Part shown: in pieces, positions 1 through 10,054 of the stretch
How positions within the stretch are numbered: position 1 is the stretch's first letter
Layout: every line of letters begins with the position of its first letter
DNA from: Candidatus Dojkabacteria bacterium
GTDB lineage: Bacteria; Patescibacteriota; Dojkabacteria; SC72
DNA: 64,000 nucleotides
Direction: 5' to 3'
Assembly: GCA_050943415.1 (NCBI GenBank)
Contig: JBMNPD010000001.1
Coordinates: 4,317 to 68,316 of the forward strand
Made by a program: the position numbers and the translations under genes
The notes under the pieces: generated by a model
Seen by the model: only the letters and a program-made list of their open reading frames with translations
Databases searched by the model: none
What the model was told of the DNA's origin: nothing

Positions 1-3000
1 GTTGCGAAAGGAGAGAATAAAGAATGTACAATAACTAATACTAAATACGGTTCATTAACTATTGTTAAGGATGCAACACCAAGTAGTAATCAAGAATTTA
101 CTTTCACTACAACAGGAGATGGATTGTCAGGATTTACATTGATAGATAATTCAGATACTTCTAATCCAAGTAAAGAATTTAAAAATCTTAAGGCAGGAAC
201 ATACTCAGTCGCAGAAACAGTACCATCAGATTGGAAGTTGACAAGTGCTACATGTTCTGATGGCAGTCCAGTTTCAGCAATTAATCTCTCTGTAGGAGAG
301 AATATTACTTGTACATTTAATAATGTACAGTATGGTTCAATATTTGGTCATAAATGGGTAGATGCTGATGGATTAGCAGATACAACAAACGATAGAACAC
401 CAGTTTCAGGTTGGACTATTTTCATAGATGCAAATGGTAATGGTGTATGGGATGAAGGAGAGGAGAAAACAACAACAGGTACAGATGGTAAATATTCATT
501 TATTAATTTACTACCAGGTACATATAAAGTTGTAGAACAAATGGAAACAGGTTGGATAGTTTTAGTTGGTGATAGTAAGGTTGTAGAGTTAAGTGCGGGT
601 GAGAATGAGGAGGTTAACTTTGTAAATGTAAAGTTAGGTAGTATTACAGTAAAAAAGAATGTTGATAGTAACGGCGATGGGGATTTAGATGATGATGTTG
701 ATGTAATAGGTTCAGATCAATGGAATTGGACACTCAATAATGTAACTGTAGGAAAAACAGGAACAACTAAGAATAAGTTAGAACCAGGTACATATACAAT
801 TAATGAAACAGATGGCCCAGCCCATTATCATTTTGTTTCATTAACTTGTACAGGTGCAGCAGATAATAGAATTACCATTACGGGGGATACAGCTAAAATC
901 AATTTAGAATCAGGTGAAGATGTAGTATGTACATATAGAAATGCAAGGAACTTAGGAAAGTTAATAATTGAAAAAGAAGTGATTAATGATAATGGTGGTA
1001 GTAAGAAAGCTACAGACTTTTCATTCAAGATAGGAAGTGAGAATCCAATTCAATTTACTCAGAATGGAGATGATGTACTTAAAGGAAGAAATGAATATAC
1101 AAGATATGCAGGTCTCTCCTACACTGTTACAGAACCTGAGGCAGACAGTGATGGATATACAACTACATATAATAATTGTACAAATATTGTAGTTCCTCAT
1201 GGTGGTCAAGCTGTATGTAAGATTACAAATAATGACAACAAGCCATCATTAACTCTTGTAAAAGAAGTTAATAATGATAACGGTGGTACACTAAGTAAAA
1301 CAGATTGGACATTAACAGCAACAGGTCCAACAACAATCTCAGGAGATGGAGGTGCAACCAGTGGAGATAACTTCAAAGCAGGTACATATACATTAAGCGA
1401 AATAGGAAAGACAGGTGTTGATGTATCAGGATATGAGGCAGGTAAATGGAGTTGTACAAACAATATTGTAGTGAATGAAAATAATCAGATAACACTAGGA
1501 TTAAATCAATCTACTGTATGTAAAATAGTAAATGATGATAAAGCACCTTCCTTAGAGTTGATTAAAGAAGTAAATAACAAGTTTGGAGGAAATGCAAAAG
1601 CAACAGATTGGACATTAACAGCAACAGGTCCAACAACAATCTCAGGAGATGGTGGTGTAACAAGTGGTAATGATTTCAAAGTAGGTACATATACATTAAG
1701 TGAAAGTGGAAATGTTACTGGATATAGTGCAAGTGATTGGAGTTGTACAAACAATATTGCAGTTAATGAAAACAATCAGATAACATTAGGATTAGGTCAA
1801 AGTACAAAATGTACTATTACTAATAGTGATATTCAGCCAACACTTAAACTTGTTAAGACAGTTGCAAATAATCATGGTGGAGATAAGAAAGTAGCAGACT
1901 TCAATCTTTACATTGGAAATACAAAAGTTGATAGTGGTGTTGCTACAGGCGTAAATGCAAACACAGAATATACTGTAAGCGAAGATCAGCTACCAGGATA
2001 TAGTGCATCAGTTTGGGGTGGAGATTGTAGTGCAGAAGGAAAGATTACTTTACTTCCAGGAGATAACAAGACTTGTACAATTACAAATAGTGATATTGCT
2101 CCTACCCTTAAGTTAGTTAAATCAGTAACTAATGATAATGGTGGTAAATTAGAAGCAAAGGATTGGACATTAACAGCAAAAGCAGGAACAGAAGAATTTA
2201 GTAATCTCGGTGATGCAGGAACAGTACATACTGTCAAAGCAGGAGTTGGTTATGTCTTAAGTGAATCAACAGTTGCAGGTTATGCTTCTGAGGGTTGGAA
2301 ATGTGATAAAGGAACATTGGATGGTAATACAATCACATTAGGTTTGGCTGAGAATGCAACTTGTACAATTACAAATAACGATATTGCACCAAAACTAACA
2401 TTAAACAAGATAGTTTTAAATAAATATGGTGGGAACAAAGTAGAATCAGATTGGACACTCTATGCAAAACAAGGGGAAGTAGTAGCATTGTCAGGAAAAG
2501 GTGCTGAAGGAGATAATGATGTAGTAAGTGGTGAGACATTCCAAGCAGGATCATATACTCTTTCTGAAAAAGGTGTATTAGGATATGATGCAAGTGATTG
2601 GAGTTGTACAGGAACAGGTTCATTAAAAGGTAATGTAATCACATTAGGAATTGGTCAAGAAGCAATTTGTAGTATTACAAATACTGATAGACCAGCAGGA
2701 TTAACAGTAATTAAAGAAGTTATTAATGATAATGGAGGTAAAGCAACAGCAGATGATTTTGATATTAGGTTAAATAAGGAAAAATTAGAATTTAAACCAT
2801 GGACAGGAGGCGTCGGACAATATACCTTTACTTATGCTTCTACTCCAAAAGTACAATCTAATACAAAATATACACTAACAGAGATTGATCATCCTGATTA
2901 CAAAGAAGGAGAATGGAGTTGTAAGGATAATAAGACAGGAAATGAAATTACTCACCCATTTACTTTAGTAGAGGGTCAGAGTGTAACCTGTACAATTACA

Positions 3001-6000
3001 AATGATGACATTGCTCCTACCCTTAAATTAGTTAAATCAGTAACTAATGACAACGGAGGTACATTAGGACCTAAAGATTGGACATTATCAGCTACAGGTC
3101 CTACCCCAATTTCAGGAGATGGAGGTGCTACAAGTGGTAGTAACTTCAAGGCAGGTACATACACATTAGGTGAGGTAGGAAAAACAGGAGTAGATGTATC
3201 AGGGTACGAGGCAGGTAAATGGAGTTGTACAAACAATGTTACAGTTGATGAAAACAATCAAATAACATTAGGATTAAATCAATCTACCGTATGTACAATT
3301 GTAAATAATGATATTGCTCCTAAACTAACAATAGTAAAGCATGTAGATAATGAAGGAAATGATGGTACAAAGAAAGCAGAAGATTTTAAGATAATGGTAG
3401 ATGGAGAAAAAGTATCAGAACCTAGTTTCCAAGGCTCAGAAGAAGGTGTAATAGTAACTTTGAATGCAGGTGAATATAAAGTAACTGAGGAAGAAGATAC
3501 AGAAAACTACACAGCTTCATATAGTAAAGATTGCTCTGGAACAATAAATGTTGGTGAAGAGAAAACATGTACAATTACCAATACAGGTATAGATCATGAA
3601 CCAACAATTGAAGTAACTAAGAATGCTGATAAGACATCAGTAAAAGAAACAGGAGAAGATGTAATCTTTACATTTACAGTAAAGAATACAAGTAAAGTAG
3701 ATACTGTAACAATTCTCTCTTTAGTTGATACAGTTTTTGGCACATTATCAGGTAATGATAATTGTAAAGTTGGAACAGAATTAGCACCTAATGCAACCTG
3801 TTCATTTACATTAACCAAGAAGATTAGTGGAGATTACTCTGGTCCAGACCACTACAACAAATTTACAGTTGAGGCAAAAGATGAGGAAGGAAATAAAACT
3901 GATGATAGTGATGACCAAACAATTACATTTACAGATGAAAAACCATCAGTTGAAGTACTAAAGACAGCAGGTGTTACTGAAATTCCAGAAACAGGTGGAG
4001 AAGTGGAATTCACATACAAAGTTACAAATACAGGATTAGAGAAAGTAACAATAACATCATTGGAAGATGACGTATTTGGAACCTTAACAGGAGATGATGA
4101 TTGTAAAGTTGGAATAGAGTTAGAAGCAGGAAAGAGTTGTGAATTCAAACAAACATTTACAATTGACCCTACTACACCAGGAGATCCAAATGCAGCAACA
4201 TCTCACAAGAATATCTTTACAGCAACTGTAGAAGATAATGAAGAGAATGAAGCAGAAGATAGTGATGAAGAAGAGATTAAACTAACACCAGTACCATCAT
4301 TGAAATTAGTAAAGAAAGTTGTACATAAATACAATTCAGACGAGACAATCACTGCAGCAGATTGGACACTATCAGCAAAAACAGAAGATGACGAAGGTAT
4401 CAGCTATGCAGGTGATACAGATAAGTTTGAATTTGTAAAAGCAGGAGAAGAATATTCACTCTCTGAAACAGGTGAATACATGAGTCAATTTGAACCAAGC
4501 GCTTGGAGTTGTACAGGAGGTGAATTAGTAGGTTCTACACTTAAACTTGCAGCGACAGATGATGTTGTATGTACTATAACAAATACAGCATTACCTGGAA
4601 CAATTAAGATATACAAAGATGTAGTATATGGTGATACAGACATATACTCATCAGACGAATTCGAAGTTAAGGTAGACAGTGATACTGAATCACAGAAGAT
4701 TACTGATACTGAGGAAGATCCTAAAGTAGCTGAATTCACAAATCTTGATGCAGGTGAATACAATCCTGAAGAAATCAATGTACCAAATGGATACAGAGCA
4801 TTGGGTTGTTATCCAAGAGAAGAAGATCAAGATTATACTGTAGGAAATGGAGAAACATTAGAATTTGTATGTCTAAATGAAGTAATTGAACCACTCCTAG
4901 AGATTGAAAAAGAGAATGATGCAGCAACAGCTAAGTACGCAGGTGACCAGGTTACATACACAATAACAGTAACAGCACCAGAAGATGAAGATAATGAGAG
5001 TAAATATCTTCTAAACAATGTTGAAGTATTTGATCTCGCACCAGCAGGATTTGACTACAACAGTGGTACATGGAGTGCAATTTCTTCAGTAAGAGGAGAT
5101 ATTACTGGAATTACGACAGTAGAACCTACATACAATGGTACAGATTATGCAAAATGGACACTAGGTAATATGGAAGAAGGAGAAATAGTAATCTTGAAAT
5201 ACACAACAACTATCTCCTTAACCCAAGATCCAGGTACATATCCAGATATTGCATGGGTAAAAGGAGTATCATTAGCAAACAGCAATGTCCTTGGAAATGT
5301 AAGTACAGGTGCAGATACACCATTCGTAGGAACTAAAGTACAAGTAATTGCTCCTGATGAAATCGAAGAAGGAGAAGTATTAGGTGCATCTACAATAGTT
5401 AGACTACCTAGCACTGGAGCAAGTACATATCTAACATTAGGAGGATTAATAACTATGCTCGTAGGTTTACTAATAGCTATGTTTGGTAGCAAAAAACAAA
5501 GAAAGAGTTCATTAAAACTTAGCTTACTAACAGCAGTTGCATCCCTACTCTTCCTACCATTCTATGTACATGCAGCAGAATATTTAGATGTAAAGATAGA
5601 ACAACCAAAAACACCTACTAACATCTCTAAATTTGAGATAGGCTTTGTAGCTATGTCTACAAGTCCTGAAGCTGTTAAAGTAGAATGTTTTGAGGAAGGT
5701 AAACCTACTCCATTCCAAACAGTAAATGCTTCAACAGGAAATTGCTTAGTAGATGTAAAAGCAAGTGGTACCTACAAATATTATGTTAAAGCTACAGTAG
5801 GTGGAGAAGAAAAAGATTCTGATACTGTGGAAGTAACTGTAAATCTTGAGAAGCCACAAGCTGTCCTAGATTACTCAAAAACAGGAAATACTCTTTCTTT
5901 CAAAACTGCAAATGATGGTATTACAAAACATGTCCAGATATTTAGATCAGAAAAAGTATCATTTACTGCAAACGCTTCAACATTAGTACATAGTATGACT

Positions 6001-6450
6001 GTTCTTCCAAATACCACATATACTTGGACAGATGGCTCAGCAGAATCAGGAAAAACATATTACTACGCTTTAAGAGCAGTAGATGCTTACGGTAATCTCT
6101 CCCCTATCATTTCAGATAACGAAGTTATTACTGTAGTAGAAAAAGCAGGAACAACAACTACTCAAACAGGACAGGTGGCAGGTGCTATCTCTATGACAAC
6201 ATCAGGAACAACGGCAAAGGATACAACAGGATTAGAAGATGCAGAGGTTAAGGGAGATACAGATACTACTGGCGAAGAGACAGAAAATACAGATGTTGAA
6301 AAGAGTGATGCAGAAACACAAGAATCAGAAGATACTGCAGAAGAAGAATCAAAGAAAGTATCAATATTCAAGAAATACTGGTACCTCTGGATAGCTGGAC
6401 TTCTTGTCCTAGTTGGTGGTATATATAAATATGTCAAAAGAGAAAGGTAA
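1..6450 (+). CDS. Giant repetitive cell-surface protein (Ig/CnaB/prealbumin-like repeats), 5'-truncated by the window; internal LPXTG signal and C-terminal TM anchor
   Basis: Frame is open from base 1. About 100-aa repeats 'LxLVKxVxNDNGG..DWTLxA..YTLSE..WSC..ITL..CTITND'. LPSTG at 5404-5418 followed by TM and a basic patch. Terminal TM 'YWYLWIAGLLVLVGGIY' plus KRER. Confidence 0.9.
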   Translation, partial: VAKGENKECTITNTKYGSLTIVKDATPSSNQEFTFTTTGDGLSGFTLIDNSDTSNPSKEFKNLKAGTYSVAETVPSDWKLTSATCSDGSPVSAINLSVGENITCTFNNVQYGSIFGHKWVDADGLADTTNDRTPVSGWTIFIDANGNGVWDEGEEKTTTGTDGKYSFINLLPGTYKVVEQMETGWIVLVGDSKVVELSAGENEEVNFVNVKLGSITVKKNVDSNGDGDLDDDVDVIGSDQWNWTLNNVTVGKTGTTKNKLEPGTYTINETDGPAHYHFVSLTCTGAADNRITITGDTAKINLESGEDVVCTYRNARNLGKLIIEKEVINDNGGSKKATDFSFKIGSENPIQFTQNGDDVLKGRNEYTRYAGLSYTVTEPEADSDGYTTTYNNCTNIVVPHGGQAVCKITNNDNKPSLTLVKEVNNDNGGTLSKTDWTLTATGPTTISGDGGATSGDNFKAGTYTLSEIGKTGVDVSGYEAGKWSCTNNIVVNENNQITLGLNQSTVCKIVNDDKAPSLELIKEVNNKFGGNAKATDWTLTATGPTTISGDGGVTSGNDFKVGTYTLSESGNVTGYSASDWSCTNNIAVNENNQITLGLGQSTKCTITNSDIQPTLKLVKTVANNHGGDKKVADFNLYIGNTKVDSGVATGVNANTEYTVSEDQLPGYSASVWGGDCSAEGKITLLPGDNKTCTITNSDIAPTLKLVKSVTNDNGGKLEAKDWTLTAKAGTEEFSNLGDAGTVHTVKAGVGYVLSESTVAGYASEGWKCDKGTLDGNTITLGLAENATCTITNNDIAPKLTLNKIVLNKYGGNKVESDWTLYAKQGEVVALSGKGAEGDNDVVSGETFQAGSYTLSEKGVLGYDASDWSCTGTGSLKGNVITLGIGQEAICSITNTDRPAGLTVIKEVINDNGGKATADDFDIRLNKEKLEFKPWTGGVGQYTFTYASTPKVQSNTKYTLTEIDHPDYKEGEWSCKDNKTGNEITHPFTLVEGQSVTCTITNDDIAPTLKLVKSVTNDNGGTLGPKDWTLSATGPTPISGDGGATSGSNFKAGTYTLGEVGKTGVDVSGYEAGKWSCTNNVTVDENNQITLGLNQSTVCTIVNNDIAPKLTIVKHVDNEGNDGTKKAEDFKIMVDGEKVSEPSFQGSEEGVIVTLNAGEYKVTEEEDTENYTASYSKDCSGTINVGEEKTCTITNTGIDHEPTIEVTKNADKTSVKETGEDVIFTFTVKNTSKVDTVTILSLVDTVFGTLSGNDNCKVGTELAPNATCSFTLTKKISGDYSGPDHYNKFTVEAKDEEGNKTDDSDDQTITFTDEKPSVEVLKTAGVTEIPETGGEVEFTYKVTNTGLEKVTITSLEDDVFGTLTGDDDCKVGIELEAGKSCEFKQTFTIDPTTPGDPNAATSHKNIFTATVEDNEENEAEDSDEEEIKLTPVPSLKLVKKVVHKYNSDETITAADWTLSAKTEDDEGISYAGDTDKFEFVKAGEEYSLSETGEYMSQFEPSAWSCTGGELVGSTLKLAATDDVVCTITNTALPGTIKIYKDVVYGDTDIYSSDEFEVKVDSDTESQKITDTEEDPKVAEFTNLDAGEYNPEEINVPNGYRALGCYPREEDQDYTVGNGETLEFVCLNEVIEPLLEIEKENDAATAKYAGDQVTYTITVTAPEDEDNESKYLLNNVEVFDLAPAGFDYNSGTWSAISSVRGDITGITTVEPTYNGTDYAKWTLGNMEEGEIVILKYTTTISLTQDPGTYPDIAWVKGVSLANSNVLGNVSTGADTPFVGTKVQVIAPDEIEEGEVLGASTIVRLPSTGASTYLTLGGLITMLVGLLIAMFGSKKQRKSSLKLSLLTAVASLLFLPFYVHAAEYLDVKIEQPKTPTNISKFEIGFVAMSTSPEAVKVECFEEGKPTPFQTVNASTGNCLVDVKASGTYKYYVKATVGGEEKDSDTVEVTVNLEKPQAVLDYSKTGNTLSFKTANDGITKHVQIFRSEKVSFTANASTLVHSMTVLPNTTYTWTDGSAESGKTYYYALRAVDAYGNLSPIISDNEVITVVEKAGTTTTQTGQVAGAISMTTSGTTAKDTTGLEDAEVKGDTDTTGEETENTDVEKSDAETQESEDTAEEESKKVSIFKKYWYLWIAGLLVLVGGIYKYVKRER
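1299..1652 (+). repeat. 51-nt identical intragenic direct repeat (1299-1349 = 1602-1652), with a further diverged module copy near 3076-3320
   Basis: aacagattggacattaacagcaacaggtccaacaacaatctcaggagatgg occurs twice, 303 nt apart. Confidence 0.9.
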
Positions 6451-7105
6451 GATAAATAAAAAGATACTACTAGGAGTACTCCTACTCCTAGTAGGTCTTT
6501 CTGTCCTTGTAGCTACATACTACCCAGTAATTAAAGCATATATTTCCCAATACAGATCCCCTGCTCCATCCACTACGAATGTCACAATTGCTAAAAACGA
6601 TAGCGAAGTAACAAAGAATGTTACTACAGAAACAGAGCAAGTATCTCTCGATTTTAGCTTTGGATTGTATATCCCTAAAATTAAATCTAACAGTAAAGTT
6701 GTAAAAAATATCTCTCCATATGATGAGAATGAATACATTAAAGCCCTAGAAAGAGGTGTAGCCCATGCAAGAGGTACATACACACCTAATGTTAGTGGTA
6801 ACGTATTTCTTTTTGCTCACTCAGCAGTAAACTTCTATGAAAGAAGAAAATACGATGTATATTTCTACCTACTTAATGAACTTAAGAAAGATGATGAAAT
6901 ATATGTAAGCTATGAAGGTAAAATCTACAAATATTTAGTATCAGAAGTAAAAATAGTAGACAAAACAGAAACAAAATATTTAGGCAACTATGACACAAAA
7001 GATACACTAACACTCATGACATGCTATCCTGCAGGTACAGATTGGAAGAGAACAGTAGTCATAGCTCATCGAGATGAAACTCAACCAATCATAGAGAACA
7101 TTTAA
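6431..7105 (+). CDS. srt: Sortase
   Basis: N-terminal TM; catalytic His (FAHS), TLMTC and Arg (WKR); overlaps the end of the LPXTG-bearing gene. Confidence 0.92.
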   Translation: MSKEKGKINKKILLGVLLLLVGLSVLVATYYPVIKAYISQYRSPAPSTTNVTIAKNDSEVTKNVTTETEQVSLDFSFGLYIPKIKSNSKVVKNISPYDENEYIKALERGVAHARGTYTPNVSGNVFLFAHSAVNFYERRKYDVYFYLLNELKKDDEIYVSYEGKIYKYLVSEVKIVDKTETKYLGNYDTKDTLTLMTCYPAGTDWKRTVVIAHRDETQPIIENI

Positions 7106-7797
7106 CAACACTTCTTACTTTTAGTCTCCTTAATATCTACTCCACCAAACAGTGCAGTACCAAATATTTCTAAAACAGGCTTTTCAATATCTCTCTCCTT
7201 TAGTTTAGTATCCCAACCACCAAATACTCCATTACCATTTGTAACTACTCTACAATTTTGAGGAACAATGATATCTGCTCCTCCAAAAACAGCATTAACC
7301 TCTAACTTAGCACCACCCTTTGCAACCTTTACCTCACTTAAATCTAAATCATATGCACCAAAAACAACATCAATCTTACCACCTGTAAAATTATCAGAAA
7401 CCAACCTCTTCTCTACTCCCCAGAAAACAGCAGACTCATTAATCCTATCCTTTGTAGAAACATTAGAAGTAGATACTCTCTCCTCTGATGATTTATCATC
7501 CTTTAATATAATGTAGAGACCAGCAACTACAAAAAGAATTGGCCAGAAATATATCCAAATATTAAAATCAAACAGATTATTTGCCAAAAGTAACAAACCA
7601 ATTAAGGAAACAACAACACCTGTTCTAGCATTCTTGTACAAAATCCTATCAATACCAATAACTATCAAAATCACAGGCCATAATTTCCAGATTAAATCCA
7701 ACAAATCTATGTTAATAAATGCCCATCTATCTAGGAACATAATACCTCCTAAAAAGATGAAAAGTAATCCCCAAAAAATCTTACTACTATTCTTCAT
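7102..7797 (-). CDS. LiaF-like envelope-stress membrane protein (DUF5668 + DUF2154-like)
   Basis: 'WPVILIVIGI' TM repeats; C-terminal 'VFG..LDL..A.FGG.DI.VP' beta domain. Confidence 0.8.
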   Translation of the reverse strand: MKNSSKIFWGLLFIFLGGIMFLDRWAFINIDLLDLIWKLWPVILIVIGIDRILYKNARTGVVVSLIGLLLLANNLFDFNIWIYFWPILFVVAGLYIILKDDKSSEERVSTSNVSTKDRINESAVFWGVEKRLVSDNFTGGKIDVVFGAYDLDLSEVKVAKGGAKLEVNAVFGGADIIVPQNCRVVTNGNGVFGGWDTKLKERDIEKPVLEIFGTALFGGVDIKETKSKKCC

Positions 7798-7828
7798 AGC
7801 ACAGAAAATATTAATTTAAATTAAAACT

Positions 7829-8140
7829 TTACTTTTTACTCTTTTTCTTAGTATCAGAAACACTCTCTTTCTTTACTGATTGTGCAAATGTATCAAATTT
7901 TTCTTTCATCTCAGCACTGTTTTCCTTTACTATATCATCAGAATCCTTAGCAATACTTGATTTAGAAGGAATGATTGCCCAAAGTATTAAATACATAAAA
8001 ATGCCGAAACCTCCTGTACTCATAGATAGAAACACATAAAGCACTCTCACTATTGTGGGATCAATCTCAAAGTATTCCGCTATTCCTCCACACACTCCTG
8101 CAATCATCTGATTCTCTTCAGATCTATACAATCTTTTCAT
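7829..8140 (-). CDS. pspC: PspC-domain protein
   Basis: 'KRLYRS..MIAGVCGGIAEYF.IDPT.VR..Y.ILW.IIP'. Confidence 0.9.
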   Translation of the reverse strand: MKRLYRSEENQMIAGVCGGIAEYFEIDPTIVRVLYVFLSMSTGGFGIFMYLILWAIIPSKSSIAKDSDDIVKENSAEMKEKFDTFAQSVKKESVSDTKKKSKK

Positions 8141-8245
8141 AAATTAGTTTCTAAAAATTAACTACTTATTATATTCTATCCCTATCTTCCTAATTTGTAA
8201 ATGAGAATGTATACTAAAGAGAAATAATTTTAATATCATTAACAT

Positions 8246-8629
8246 ATGACAGAAAGACATCAAATATATAAATGTGAAATTTGTGGAAATATTGTAGAAG
8301 TAACACACGAAGGTGCAGGTACATTAGTATGCTGTAGGAAGAATATGGATTTAATGGTAGAGAAAAAAGAGGAAGAAGGAAATGAAAAACATCTACCATC
8401 AGTATCATTTGAAAGAGAAAAGCTCGTAGTTAAAGTCGGGGAAGTAGAACATCCTATGGAGGAAGCTCACTTCATAGAATGGATTGAGGTAATAGATGGT
8501 GATAATTCACAAAAGGTATATCTAAAACCTGCAGATTCACCAAAAGCAGAATTTACAGTATCTAAAAATGAAAGCTTAAGAATTCGATCATACTGTAACC
8601 TACATGGATTATGGGAGAAAAATATATAG
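8246..8629 (+). CDS. dfx: Desulfoferrodoxin (superoxide reductase)
   Basis: CxxC...CC desulforedoxin site, EKHLP, HPM..H.IEWI, CNLHGLW. Confidence 0.95.
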   Translation: MTERHQIYKCEICGNIVEVTHEGAGTLVCCRKNMDLMVEKKEEEGNEKHLPSVSFEREKLVVKVGEVEHPMEEAHFIEWIEVIDGDNSQKVYLKPADSPKAEFTVSKNESLRIRSYCNLHGLWEKNI

Positions 8630-8636
8630 TTGGTGA

Positions 8637-9689
8637 TTAAACAATTACTCCACCACCTACTACAGTATCACCTTGATAAAACACGGCAGATTGACCTGAA
8701 GTAACTGCCCTCTGTTTCTCCTTTAGTCTGACTACAACCCTATCCTCTTCTCCTTTACTAATAACAGCATCAATATCCTTTGCAGCAGATCTAACCTTAA
8801 CAGTAACATCCATAGGACTGCTTAACTCATCTACACTTATCCAATTAACATCTTTTACCTCAAACTCTTTACTGTACAACTCATCTTCATCACCCACAAC
8901 AACAGTATTCCTTTCTGAATCAATATCTACTACAAAAAGAGGCTTGTTTGAAGAAATACCTAAACCCTTTCTCTGCCCAATAGTGTACTTGTACAAACCA
9001 TCATGTTTACCTAAAACATTCCCGTGAGTGTCAACAATATCTCCCTGTTTAAACTCTTTAGAAGAATTTTTCTTTACAAAAGAGTGATAGTCATTATCAC
9101 ATACAAAACAAACCTCCTGACTATCCTCTTTCTTAGAAATGTTCAAATCAACATCTTTAACAATTTCTCTGACTTCATTCTTGGTCAAATTACCTAACGG
9201 AAAAAGAATCCTCTCTAACTGATCTTGAGTGAGTCTATACAGAAAGTATGATTGATCCTTTGATAAATCCTTAGCCCTTTGCAGTAAATATCTACCATCA
9301 CTATTTGAAATATTTGCATAATGTCCAGTAGCTACAAAATCAATACCATTACTATCTGCATACTTAATTAGCTCCTCAAACTTCACCTCCCTATTACACA
9401 TAACACATGGATTAGGAGTCCTCCCATTCTCATACTCAGTTAGAAAGTAATCTATGACATTCTTTTTGAACTGAGTAGTTAAATCAACAACCTCATGTCT
9501 AATACCAAGCCTCTTAGCAAGATTAATAGCATAATCTATGGAATCATTACAATTAGATTCGAACATTCTAAAAGTAACTCCAACAACCTCATATCCATTT
9601 GATTGAAGCAATAATACAACAGCAGAGCTATCCACTCCCCCACTCATTCCTACTAATACACTTTGTTTTCTACTTCTTTTCTTTTCCAT
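8637..9689 (-). CDS. mnmA: tRNA 2-thiouridine(34) synthase
   Basis: SGGVDS, TPNPCVMCN, ATGHYA, KDQSYFL, YTIGQRKGL, GQSAVFY. Confidence 0.97.
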   Translation of the reverse strand: MEKKRSRKQSVLVGMSGGVDSSAVVLLLQSNGYEVVGVTFRMFESNCNDSIDYAINLAKRLGIRHEVVDLTTQFKKNVIDYFLTEYENGRTPNPCVMCNREVKFEELIKYADSNGIDFVATGHYANISNSDGRYLLQRAKDLSKDQSYFLYRLTQDQLERILFPLGNLTKNEVREIVKDVDLNISKKEDSQEVCFVCDNDYHSFVKKNSSKEFKQGDIVDTHGNVLGKHDGLYKYTIGQRKGLGISSNKPLFVVDIDSERNTVVVGDEDELYSKEFEVKDVNWISVDELSSPMDVTVKVRSAAKDIDAVISKGEEDRVVVRLKEKQRAVTSGQSAVFYQGDTVVGGGVIV

Positions 9690-10053
9690 TCTTACGATAG
9701 TTATCAATAGCTGCTTTCAAAGCCTGTTGAGCTAAATTAGAACAATGCATCTTCACAGGTGGCAAACCACCCAAAGATTTTGCAACATCTATATTAGTTA
9801 CCTTCTCAGCTTCTTCTAAACTCTTTCCTTTCACCATCTCAGTAACCATACTACTTGTAGCAATAGCTGCACCACAACCAAAAGTAAGAAACTTAATATC
9901 AGTTATAATATTATCCTTGATTTTAAGATATATCCTCATAATATCGCCACAAACAGGATTACCAACCTCACCTACAGCATCAGGATTCTCCATCTCTCCT
10001 ATATTTCTTGGATTCATAAAATGATCCATCACTTTATCATTATACTCTTCCAT
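9670..10053 (-). CDS. iscU: Fe-S cluster scaffold IscU/NifU
   Basis: 'DHFMNPRNIG', 'NPVCGD', 'TFGCGAAIA', 'LPPVKMHCS'. Confidence 0.95.
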   Translation of the reverse strand: MEEYNDKVMDHFMNPRNIGEMENPDAVGEVGNPVCGDIMRIYLKIKDNIITDIKFLTFGCGAAIATSSMVTEMVKGKSLEEAEKVTNIDVAKSLGGLPPVKMHCSNLAQQALKAAIDNYRKNGKEKK

Positions 10054-10054
10054 A

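Noticed and set aside
828-6437. Many 60-115 aa antisense ORFs, here and opposite other long genes
   Set aside because: Shadow frames of real genes produced by codon bias and repeats.
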